Below, piece by piece: positions 53,124-64,000 of a stretch of 64,000 bases of DNA; positions within the stretch are counted from its first letter, which is position 1; every line of letters begins with the position of its first letter. The position numbers and the translations under genes were made by a program. Origin of the DNA: Octopus vulgaris. Its lineage: Eukaryota. The notes under the pieces were generated by a model. It was not told the origin of the DNA and did no database searches. It saw nothing but the letters and a program-made list of their open reading frames with translations. The DNA lies in the NCBI GenBank assembly GCA_951406725.2, contig OX597816.1, forward strand, positions 62,434,001 to 62,498,000, written 5' to 3'.

Positions 53124-54298
53124 TTTCATAGATATTTATCCATTTTATTCTAGTTAGTTTACATGCGTTTCCCAAAAATTCGGAGAAAGAGTTCCTAACA
53201 CAAACTTTGTTGAAAACATGTTTCAACTAACTAAACAGACAAGGAATTGTAGGTTGTTTTGGAGAAAACGTAAAACGTGTCTACAAGGCGAATTCTAGAA
53301 GAAAGAAATATGAAATGTAACACAAGATGTTACTAAACTTCTATGATGAAAACTAAGACGTGTAAGAGATTTCCCCTCTTTCTATCACTATATCTCTCTT
53401 CCTCTCCTTCTTCTCTCCACTTTCAAGGATAATGAAAATAGAAAAATCGATCGCATTTAAGCCTCATTTTTAGTTTTAATTTTAATTTTAAAATTTAATA
53501 CTAATTTTAACTTTAGATGACTCTGAGAGTTTCCTCTCCTTGCCCCCTTGCCTCTATCTCCTTTTCCTTAAAAGAGAGGGCAATAACAAAACGAAACGCA
53601 ACTGAAGAGGAAAATCGATCGTATTTAATTCTTAAACCTTCCAAACGTAGACTAAAGAATTTCATATTTACAAGTTATATTATACTGACAAGTCCAGAAT
53701 AATGGGCGAAATAGCACAATCAACAAGTACTAAAACTATAGGGATATTCCAATAAATGAAGTTTATGAAAATATGGAAACACCATATATTTTTTCACTCA
53801 TAGGAAAAAGACCGCTCAAGAAAAGGAAAGAAAAACAACAAAAGATACAAACGTTAAAGTCGTTCCCACGCCTTAAGGAGAATATTCTCCCTCTCTGTCA
53901 TCTCATTGTGTCATTCGCTCTCAGGCTCAGTAAGCAACTATGTGCAGGAACAGCTCTAGTCCCAGTTAAGAAATCACGTATATAGGCGCAAGATTGACTG
54001 TGTGGTAATACACGCGTATTGATATCTGTGAATGTGTGTAGATGTATGCAAGTGTGAGTCTGTGTCTGCTTGTGTATGTGTATGTTTGTGTGCGCTTACG
54101 TGTCTGTGTGCACGCATGTGCAAAATGTAACCGTCTTGAAACTCTCAAACTCTAATAAAACTGAACAAACGACCTTCGTATCTCCTAAATTATTTATGCT
54201 AACTTAATTCGTTCACATTTATTGGGTGCCAAGTTGATATTACTAAAATATTCCAGTGCCTTCATCCATGCATACATAAGCAGTACTTACTCTACATG

Positions 54299-54383
<85 letters not shown>

Positions 54384-54386
54384 CTG

Positions 54387-54420
<34 letters not shown>

Positions 54421-54474
54421 TATATATATATGTATATATATATAAATATATATATATATAAATATATATATACT

Positions 54475-55100
54475 TTCTTTGATACTTTGATAGGTTTCGG
54501 CCATTATTGGCCCAGGCCATGTCTAACTTAATAGCACCACCTGGTGAAGTCTTTCAAGTCAGAATTTGTGCACGATGGCCCACTCAAGTAGAGAGTTATT
54601 GTTTACAGAGACATATCCGGGTGTAGGGGGTTTATCCGGGATTTCTTGAAGGAATCTGTCCAAAGACTTCTTGAACCCTATAGGGTCAGTTTCTGTTTTA
54701 ATGTGTTTTTGTGTAATGTTAAAGAGAGCGGGGCCAATTGAGGTGAAATAATTGTGCCGTATTGTTGTTATGAGATGAGAGTGCGATTTTTGTTTTGGGC
54801 GGATGGCACGGGGCCTAAGCCTTGGATGTACCTTAAAGGTGATGCCAACATCATTTGGGCAATGCTGATGGAATATTTTCCACATCATGCAGATGATGTA
54901 GCGCTCACGACGACGTTGGAGAGAATAGAGTTTTAGCTTGTCTAGTCGACCCCAATAGTCGAGGCCTGTCATGCCATCTATCTTTTTTGTGATTGCCCTT
55001 TGAAGTGCTTCAAATTTTATGATACCTTGTATTGTGTGGGGAGACCACAGTGGACAACAGTATTCAAGGTGGGGTCGGGCAAAAGTGGAGAAGAGAAGGA
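54475..55100 (-). mobile_element. CR1/L2-group LINE 3' end, 5'-truncated at (TA)n
   Basis: [61 protein letters not shown], plus 3'UTR. Confidence 0.9.
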
Positions 55101-55128
55101 TATATATGTATATATATATATATAAATA

Positions 55129-55226
<98 letters not shown>

Positions 55227-55300
55227 TATAAATATATATGTATATATATATATGTATATATATATATATAAATATATATGTATATATATATATATAAATG

Positions 55301-55338
<38 letters not shown>

Positions 55339-55349
55339 TATATATATGT

Positions 55350-55379
<30 letters not shown>

Positions 55380-55380
<1 letters not shown>

Positions 55381-55700
55381 ATTTTTGGGGAAAATTTTCG
55401 GTGAAAATTTTCGAAAAATTTTTGGTGACAATTTTCGAAAAATTTTTGGGTAAAATTATCGGTGAAAATTTTCAGAATATTTTTGGGGAAAATTTCCGTG
55501 AAAATTTTCGAAAAATTTTTGGGGGACAATTTTCGAAAAGTTTTGAGATAAAATTTTCAGTGAAAATTTTCGAAAAATTTTTGGGGAAAATTTTCGGCAA
55601 AAATTTCGAAAAATTTTTGGATAAAATTTTCGGTGAAAATTTTCGCAGTTTTTGGGGAAAATTTTCGGTGAAAATTTTGGAAAACTTTTTGGGAAAAAAC
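55380..55700. repeat. Degenerate ~37-bp satellite built from ~12-bp AAAATTTT-centred subunits
   Basis: Consensus approximately ATTTTTGGGGAAAATTTTCGGTGAAAATTTTCGAAAA, repeated about 8-9 times with variants. Confidence 0.9.
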
Positions 55701-56827
55701 TCCACAGAAACCTAAATCTAACGAAGAATTGTTTCGATTGTCGCGTGAAAATGGGCAGAAATTCCACAAGGGACAATCACAAAGCTCATCAGTTCAATGC
55801 CAAAAAGAGATTCTGAATTTAAAAAAGGGAATATCAACTAAATACTAAAGAATGTTGTCTTACCTATCTATTACATTTCAATTGTTCATTTTGCATGTTA
55901 AATAAAACTTTTTGAAAATTAAAGGTGTCTATTTACATCTGGCATGTCTGTATATATATATATGCAACTATGCAAATAATATTGAGTTTTCTTTGTAATC
56001 ACTATTATAAAAAGTAATAAAGTAGTTTTTGTGAGGTTAATACACCTGCCTAAAATAGCAGTCTAATGTACTTCTAATCACACTCCACCGTTTTAAAAAT
56101 AGAAGTGCCCGTGGATCGTCCTTCTTTATGCACCTTTTTTTCAATAAGTAACTTTTGTATCTTGTTCCAGTCCCAGACCGCTGAGAGGTTTACAGAAAGT
56201 AATCCTCAAACCATAGACACAGCCCAAATGCTTGCAATCAAAAGACGACAAAGAATCAGAAGATAGGCATCAAAAATTCTCCGAACTCAATGAATTGGAA
56301 CGTTTACCTGTCAACACACTACACTGGAATACTTGAGTTTATCATGTCAGAAAAAATAAAAAGCCAAACTTCTTGAACGAGATTTGCATTGAATATGAAG
56401 TAGGCTGGAACAAATGCCGCAAAGTGATTTTATTCTTTCTTCGGCCTAGGACTACCATAGCTGCCATGTCTTTCATCACAGGCCTACCTGGTCAGTGTTG
56501 ACCATCAGTTGAATGACAAATACACAGCTACCTAGTTCTTAGGTGTCCTTATCGAATATCATATTGGTCGTTCTTTTTCTGAGGAGGTTAATCCTCAGAT
56601 ATGCCTATCGATTTTCAAATGTCTCAACAACAATTTTATGGAATTACTCACAAGAAAGACAGATCGGTCATGGAAAGAATAACGTTACTGGTAGAGTGAC
56701 TCTGTAGAATAACTTTACTGGTAGATTGACTGTAGATTGACTCAGGGTACATTGACTCTGTTTAAAGTTGAACAAAACAACGATGACGTCAACAGCAATA
56801 AGAACAACAAACGTAGCAGCAGTAGCA

Positions 56828-57192
56828 GTGGAGGTGCAATGGCCCAATGGTTAGGGCAGCGGACTCGCGGTCGGTTTCGATTCCCAGACCGGGCGTTGTG
56901 TTTTTTTATTGAGCGAAAACACCTAAAACTCCACGAGGTTCCGGCAGGGGGTTGTGGTGACCCCTGTTGTACTCTTTCGCTCCAACTTTCTCTCACTCTT
57001 TCTTCCTGTTTCTTGTCCCCGTCTTCCTACGCAATCGCTGAACCTGGATGCGCATTCATCCTTCCGTCGATGCTCTCGGTGCCGGGCGTTGACCTGCGTT
57101 AACCTCTGCGGGTCTTACGAATAGTATAGGACCATGTTTCGGACTTCTCCCATAGGGACGAAGACCGCTTCGCTCAACAAACAAACAAACAA
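56828..57192 (+). mobile_element. SINE family C with an alternative 3' tail and a 13-bp TSD
   Basis: Family C head and core, then a different 3' region ending (AAAC)n; TSD AGCAGCAGTAGCA at 56815-56827 and 57193-57205. Confidence 0.9.
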
Positions 57193-58699
57193 AGCAGCAG
57201 TAGCAACATTAACAAACCGGAAATGCCATAGGTTACCGACCAATTCATATAAAAATTCAATTTATACCAAGCACGTTTTACCAGAGGCAAAATTTAAACA
57301 CTGGAACTCGATAATATGTTTAATGAATGACAATTAGTGTATCCCTGTTTGCATTGATGTATATTTAAATGTATATTTAGTCTCTCATATTTACTAATTA
57401 CCAAGGTTCTCACTAATACCCAACTTTTACGAATTTGTGGAGACAACAACAAATCGTGAAACTTGACAAGATTCGAACCGTCGACGGGTGTACAAATAAC
57501 ACGGCTCACTACGACACCCAGCTTTATTAGATGCACTGAAACATATAAAATTTACTGTTTCCAAAAAAAAAATCTATAATAACAGAGAAATTTTAATATC
57601 AAAGCAATTGGGCTTTAGTGCTTCTGAAATCTGAACGTTACGAGAAATATTGAAAAAATGCAACATAAATGTTTTATTCTAATTCCTTCAGAAATTTAAG
57701 TTCTTTCTCATTATGCAATTCGTCAAAGCAGTCTTTATCAATAAACGTTGCTATTACGTTCCTCAATAAAAGGAATCGTATTTAATTTCGTAATAAATGC
57801 GGTAAATATATGCTTCATGTTTTATCTTCCTGATTTATTAACGAGATTCACATATTGCTGATTTAAGATGAATTTTTTAGCAATATCATTAAGACATCAA
57901 GAATTCAACGACCGGAACCAGATGCAAAAAGAAAATTTACCATAGGTGTTTTTTTTTTCTACAAATGATATTAAGAAACGTAGCTGCTCATGTATGTTTG
58001 GCAATGAGCAGAGTTGCACATGTATTACATAACAATGAAAAGAGATTAGGAAATTATTGTAATAAGAATGAGGAAAGGGGCTTTATGTGGTCCACCGATC
58101 TACTAGAAATAACCAAAAGTTTCCGACGGTAAAAAGTAGAGCAGATGAACACATTGATAATATAGTTGTAGAGATAAAAATGACTAGGCCATAACCGGAA
58201 TGTTTTGATCAGAGTTATACTCAGTTTAATATGATTTGGGACAAAACAACAACCAAATGGAATATTGCGAGATCCTGAAAAAAAATTGATTTCTATTGGA
58301 ATCATGTTAGAAGTTTCAAAGGGATAAACCAGAATAAAGGCACTGGTGTTTTGCCCCTCTTTTAAAACGGAAGAATCATAATAGCTATTGGAGACAGACA
58401 CTTGCGATGAGAATGTAAGTCGCAAACTTAGAAATTTCCGTCAGATCACAAAATAGCAAAATCTGAGAGATACCGTAAGAACTAGTCAATATCAGACTTC
58501 CAGTTGATTCAAAGTGTTCCATGTGGTTGATGTACGATGAAATTCTTTGATACATTATAGTAAATACACTGCTGTCGAAAACAGATAAATAAGCAACATA
58601 TTCGTGTGACAAATAGTCGTCCGAGTGTTTTAATAATTTAGACAGATTAAATGATCTCCGCTCATGATCTTGTAAGTCCTTTCGATATTACTGAGAGCA

Positions 58700-59860
58700 A
58701 TGTCGATGTTCGTCATGAACAAATGGATGAGGTTAATTGCACTGAAGATAGGATAGCGTTGAGGGTTAGAAGGATTCAGAAAAAATGGGGTACGTCTTGG
58801 AAGAGATATTTAACCATAATGTTGATTTTTTTTATCAGAATGTCCGAGAAATAAGGGTTGTTGTAAAACCAAGAGAAAAGACAGAGCGAAGAGACAACCT
58901 GTATGTAGAATATAATTAGATATGTGTTGTTAACTTGCACTGCGAATTAATCAGATGATTTCTTATAAAATTATATAATCTTGTATGTTTGGGTATCCCA
59001 AGAGGATCATCGTACTCTACGTAGGAACAGCATTCCAAAATCCATCTTGCAGCAAGCGTTAGGAGTTAAAAGATTTTCTTGTGAAGAGGAAGGAAAGTAT
59101 TAGTTGCGCATTATTAGCGATGTTGTGAATGTGACGGTGCCAGGAAAAACCGTCAAGGACTTTTTAGGCTTTACATTCGTAGCAACGTTTTGGGCTTCGT
59201 AGCAATTGTCTAAATTTATAGAGGAGGCATATAGTTGTATGGTGATTACTGTGCTTGTGCTGTAGAACGAGACAATATTGACCAAATATGCCCGTTCATG
59301 ACTGTTTGCAAAATCTCTGTCATAGAAATTCTACGCATCTAAAATGAAGAGTTCAGGTTGCATACAGATGAAACCAATGTGTAGAAAATAAGGAGGTTAG
59401 AGGTGTGTTATAATTTTCATAGGCGTGATCGTGGTTGGAAATAATTGGCTGGAAAAGGGGAAGCGTAGGGATTATAAACAAGTTTTGGGGCACACGAGAA
59501 TTGATATAATACGGGATAGAAAAAGTTCCATCACTGCATGCCATAATTGTACGATTTTAGAGGAAACTCTTCATTCAAGTGTCTAGAGACGGTTGGAGAG
59601 AAAATGCATCCAGTCGGGCCTGATAAATACTTAGCTGAAGTTTTTTTCAAAATCTTACAGTTACCCGGAACCGCGATTGGGTGAAAGAGGAGAGCAAGTA
59701 TCCACTAAATTTGACTTTGCAGAATCTAGATTTATGATTAAGGAAAAAGAAAGATAGAAAGACTCAAATAATTGTGAAGGTGGATTTGAACGGCATTTTC
59801 CATCACCATTGAGATGTTGGAAATGAGAGCCAAGCCATAGATCAATAGTTGGCAGGTTTA
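58700..59860 (-). mobile_element. Very decayed CR1/Jockey-group LINE RT remnant
   Basis: The minus strand gives WMHFLSNR, then DGTFSIPYYINSRVPQ..PTL (cf. INSGVPQGS.L.PTLF). Confidence 0.55.
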
Positions 59861-61028
59861 ACAATGTGATTTTTGTTTTTCAGTTTCTACTCGCGATCTC
59901 AGTTGAAGTAACTCATCAAATAAACTACAACTCCGAAATTTTATTCATTTTTACTTATCTTTATTCATTTTTCTTTTTTTTTTAACTGATCACATAACGT
60001 TAGGAAAATTGATGGTTTGGCAAATATGTTCAAGACCAACACTGCGTATAATTTATATACAAAAACATCGAAAACATTTTCAGATATGTAATGATTATGA
60101 TCTCGGAACGAATAAGTTTCAGAGAGAAAGAGAGATAAATAGAGAGAGAGAAAGAGAGAGAGAGGAAGGAGTCAGAGAAGGAGAGAGAGAGAGATAGAAA
60201 GAGAGCAATTCTATTAGCTGATCTAACATGTGAAAGGAACAATAGGGTTTATATCGATTCGACCTCATATCATTCACTCGCTGCCTGGTTATCAGAAGCT
60301 ATTTATGTGATTTCCACCGCTTCTAGTTTCATAATCGATTCTCAGGATATATTGTCGATATTTGTACAAAAGGTGAATTAGTTTTGGGTAATTATATTTT
60401 ATTATCTAGAAATCGAATCTAATGTGACAGGAAAATACGTTTCAACATTTTGCATTTCAATTGACGAATTCGATGGTGTAACGATAAAAGTGTACAGTTG
60501 ATTACTATAACTTCAACCCAAACAAATTATCATATACATACGCACACATATCCACGCACCACACATAACACACATACACACACACACGCACACACATACG
60601 CACTCATACACATACATACGCACACTCACGCTTGCACATTTACATGAATGTTTTGCTCTAACAGGGAGGCCGATTAACCGAAAAATATCTCACTGCTGTA
60701 TGGTAGAGTGGAATGAAATTTATTCCTCGAATAATTTCAGTTAGACACAACCTACATTTTCCGTTTCCGCGTCAGCAGGCGACCAGTGCTAATCTGCGTT
60801 TCAGTTATATCTCTAATTGGGAAACTTGAGAACCATTCTAAATGGGCAACAATAATGTCGCGCTTAACTCGTAAAACAGCAATATCGATTTCGAATAAAA
60901 GTAAAAAATACAAACATACCAATATACATGTATACATATAAACGTACGTACATAGAAATACACAAGCTGTAAGCTGAACATAAAGAATATAGAAGACTTC
61001 TCTCAAGTTCAAAATGTAATATTGTTAA

Positions 61029-61396
61029 CTAGCACTATGACCCGGCATTGACGGATCATGGTGCTAGTGCATGTATATACAGCTGCGTGCGTGCGCACAT
61101 ACACGCGCGTACTGTCCAGATCTCCGACCAATCACATGCAGCTAGTTGGGATTCAACTGGCGTATCAAGTTTCGGGCATTTTGATTGGGTTTTGGATACA
61201 AAATTCACAAAAATGTCACTTCTATTGATATTTTAATGGCTTTGCGGGGTGACTGGGGAAATGTAAAGATGTGCACGACCACCCTTGGACAGTTTTAAAC
61301 GACCATAGAAAGTACGAGCCCTCTAACTGAAAAATTGTGGATTTGTATAAAGCATACACACACACACAGACATGTTGCTGTTTATATATAGAGAGA
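61029..61396 (-). mobile_element. Non-autonomous Helitron
   Basis: On the minus strand it starts TC(TCTC)TATATATAAA and ends CTAG after a degenerate GC hairpin; inserted at an A|T site. Confidence 0.65.
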
Positions 61397-61550
61397 TGTG
61401 ATCTACTTCTAACGACGGAGCTTTGCATCTTTATTAGAAAGCAGCTTCCTGATATATAACAAATAACTAAAAACGGAAGGAAACATAGGCGTGCACACAT
61501 ACATATTCATACATCCAAGCGAACATACATACAGACACATACATACATAT

Positions 61551-61765
61551 GCAGGGGTGCTGAAAAGTTCCTTGCTCGAAGGGTATCGTTAAAGGCCTGG
61601 TTGGAGACCCAACCTACCAAGTTCTATTACAGGCTTCGAAAACCTGAACGAACTCCTGCAATAACTGTGTGAATCTGAGAGGGAATGGGCTGAATAAAAC
61701 CTTAATTAACGGATCCTCCTACATTTTCTTTTACTCAAACCCAAGAACTTTCCAGCAACCCCTCG
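61551..61765. mobile_element. mariner-type MITE
   Basis: TIRs CAGGGGTGCTGAAAAGTTCCT / AGAACTTTCCAGCAACCCCTCG. Confidence 0.75.
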
Positions 61766-61849
61766 TGTATGTGTGTGTGTGTGTGTATATATATGTATGT
61801 ATGTTCGTATGTATGTGTGCGTATGTATGTATGTGCCAAATTGTTAGTT

Positions 61850-62205
61850 ATTTTATCGGCTTCGAAACGATAAAAGGCAATGTCGACATCAGCGTAATTT
61901 GAACTCAGAGCATAAAGACCGACAAAATGTTGTTAAGCATTTTTGCCAGCGCGCTAACCATTTCGCTAGGTGGCTGCCTTACAATTTTGTAGAAATATTC
62001 CTTTCTACAATGCCGGAAAATTTTGAGGATAGGGGATATGCGATAACATCGAATCCAGTACTCAAATAGTACTCATTTTATCGAGCCCGAAACTATGACG
62101 TGCAAAGTCGACTTCCGCGGAATTTGAACTCGGAACGTAAACACGGACGAAATGCCGCTAAGCCTTTTGTCCGGTGCGATAACGATTCTGACAGCTCTCG
62201 CACTA
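61850..62205 (-). mobile_element. Two tandem SINE family B copies
   Basis: TTTTATCG..GAAAC..AAAGTCGAC..GGAATTTGAACTC cores at ~61850 and ~62075. Confidence 0.8.
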
Positions 62206-62562
62206 CAGTTATGAAAATATGAGAAACTAAACGATAACGGTTAAATAGAAATGAATATATTAAAACAAATTTGTGAAGGTGTCTCTATTACGACTGAGAA
62301 CATCTGAAATCAAAAGATATCATATTCAGAGGTAATTGGGATATTTGGTAGTTATGATTAAGGCTGAGATTGGTCAAGAGGTATGATGATTTATTATTGT
62401 AAACAAGTATGTCTGGTTTGCTTTGAGATCGACGTACAAAACGAGCAATTAAATATATGTCAGGATGTTAATTACTCATTTATAATGGAAGAGAAAGTAA
62501 ATTTTGATTTTCACGAATACTTGAGGATAGGAATATATGTGCGTATATGAGTGTTCATATGA

Positions 62563-62615
<53 letters not shown>

Positions 62616-62999
62616 ATACAAAGTATGATAACAAAGGTTGAAATTAATTAATTAAAAGTAATCAGTAATTTCACCACGTAGAATTCGGCATGGAAAGGAC
62701 CATTTCGTGGTAAGCTTAAGTAATACTTTATAAACCCTATTTATGAAACCTATTTATAAAGTATATATATATATACGTTGATAAAAGCATACATAAACGT
62801 AGCTATTTAGGACACATGCATACATAAAAGGTAAATGCATTTTTGGTTATGTAAACATAATATGTACAGTTATATAAATGAATGTTTCGAATCTATGCAT
62901 GCTTTGTATAAATACACGCACACACACACAAAGATACATCACACATACACACGTATATAAATGCTTACAAATATACAGATTTGACTATATATACATATA

Positions 63000-63036
<37 letters not shown>

Positions 63037-63040
<4 letters not shown>

Positions 63041-63377
63041 GTGAATGGAATAAATGGAGTTGAACGAAGATTGTACAGAATACCTTTTATTACATTCTAC
63101 ACATGTTTCGAAGGCCACAAATTTCCAAATTCTGTTTAAATAAGGGTACCATATTGCGGCTTTCTCTTCAGGAGCATCTTCGTTTGAATTGCTGTGCCTC
63201 TGTTATGTTTTGTCCTGTCAACGGAATTCCTGTTTTTTTTTTCTGAAGAGAAAGCCGCAATATGGTACCCTTATTTAAACAGAATTTGGAAATTTGTGGC
63301 CTTCGAAACATGTGTAGAATGTAATAAAAGGTATTCTGTACAATCTTCGTTCAACTCCATTTATTCCATTTACTAAT
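63037..63377. mobile_element. Near-perfect foldback (135-bp arms), each arm carrying a hammerhead-like motif; PLE inverted pLTR-like
   Basis: 63037-63171 is the reverse complement of 63243-63377 (one mismatch seen). Each arm reads CTGAAGA-GAAAGCCGCAA..TTGTGGCCTTC-GAAA-C-ATGT-GTA, then AATAAA. Confidence 0.8.
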
Positions 63378-63528
63378 AATATTAAACTTCAATTATCCGC
63401 TCCAACGCACGGTTGCAACACCAAATGGTCTTATCTCCAACCGTGCTGTTTTCCGCTGTGATTTTTGCTACCCAGGTATCGGTTAAACCTTTGAATAATC
63501 TGTTACAAGAAAATTCATCTTTCTATTT

Positions 63529-63563
<35 letters not shown>

Positions 63564-63565
<2 letters not shown>

Positions 63566-63847
63566 TTAAGAAATAGAGTTAAATGCAGGTGTTATTCAAA
63601 TCTTTATACTTCCGACATATGTTTCGAAGAAAACATTGGTATTATTCCTAAGGGAAAAAGATGATATAAAACAATTCGTTTAAAATGGCTTATTCATGTG
63701 TTTTGTTTCTCTTTTTTCTCTGACGTAATGATTACATTGTTTTACATCATTTTATTCCCTGAGGCATAATACCAATGTTTTCTTCGAAACATATAACGGA
63801 AGTATAAAGATTTGAATAACACCTGCGTTTTAATCCATTTCTTAATT
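63564..63847. mobile_element. Second, more diverged foldback (~112-bp arms) with degenerate hammerhead remnants
   Basis: GCAGGTGTTATTCAAATCTTTATACTTCCG..ATATGTTTCGAAGAAAACATTGGTATTAT has its reverse complement at 63736-63847. Confidence 0.75.
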
Positions 63848-63938
63848 TATCTATGTTAATCAAAAACATTTCACTCAACCCTGGAATATCTACCTTTACA
63901 AGTAACATCCTTGGCATTTATAGGAATTTCTGCTATAC

Positions 63939-64000
<62 letters not shown>
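63939..64000 (+). repeat. (GATA)n microsatellite
   Basis: Direct reading. Confidence 0.95.

Noticed and set aside
54559-55431. 290-aa ORF, the longest in the window
   Set aside because: An artificial fusion of satellite, (TA)n and the C-terminus of a CR1-like LINE ORF2

Overview
AT-rich, repeat-saturated animal genomic DNA. The SINE families and microsatellite load look like an octopus/cephalopod genome (inference). I find no convincing host protein-coding exon: nearly all ORFs in the track are translated (TA)n/(TG)n/(CATA)n microsatellites or decayed transposon pieces. Content: three recurrent tRNA-related SINE families; decayed Tc1/mariner/maT elements and MITEs; a hAT MITE; two non-autonomous Helitrons; RTE, CR1-like and R4/Dong LINE fragments; Penelope-like (PLE) remnants; and a 5'-truncated tRNA-Glu(TTC). 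The strongest signal is a set of small non-coding elements abutting (TA)n tracts that carry hammerhead ribozyme motifs. These are a 352-nt, highly structured ~1.5-mer with an intact type I hammerhead (51869-52392; candidate non-LTR retrozyme / circular-RNA element), a minimal hammerhead with a compensatory U3:A8 core (52973-53016), and a near-perfect foldback with a hammerhead on each strand (63037-63377). All calls were read by eye, and the boundaries of decayed elements are approximate.
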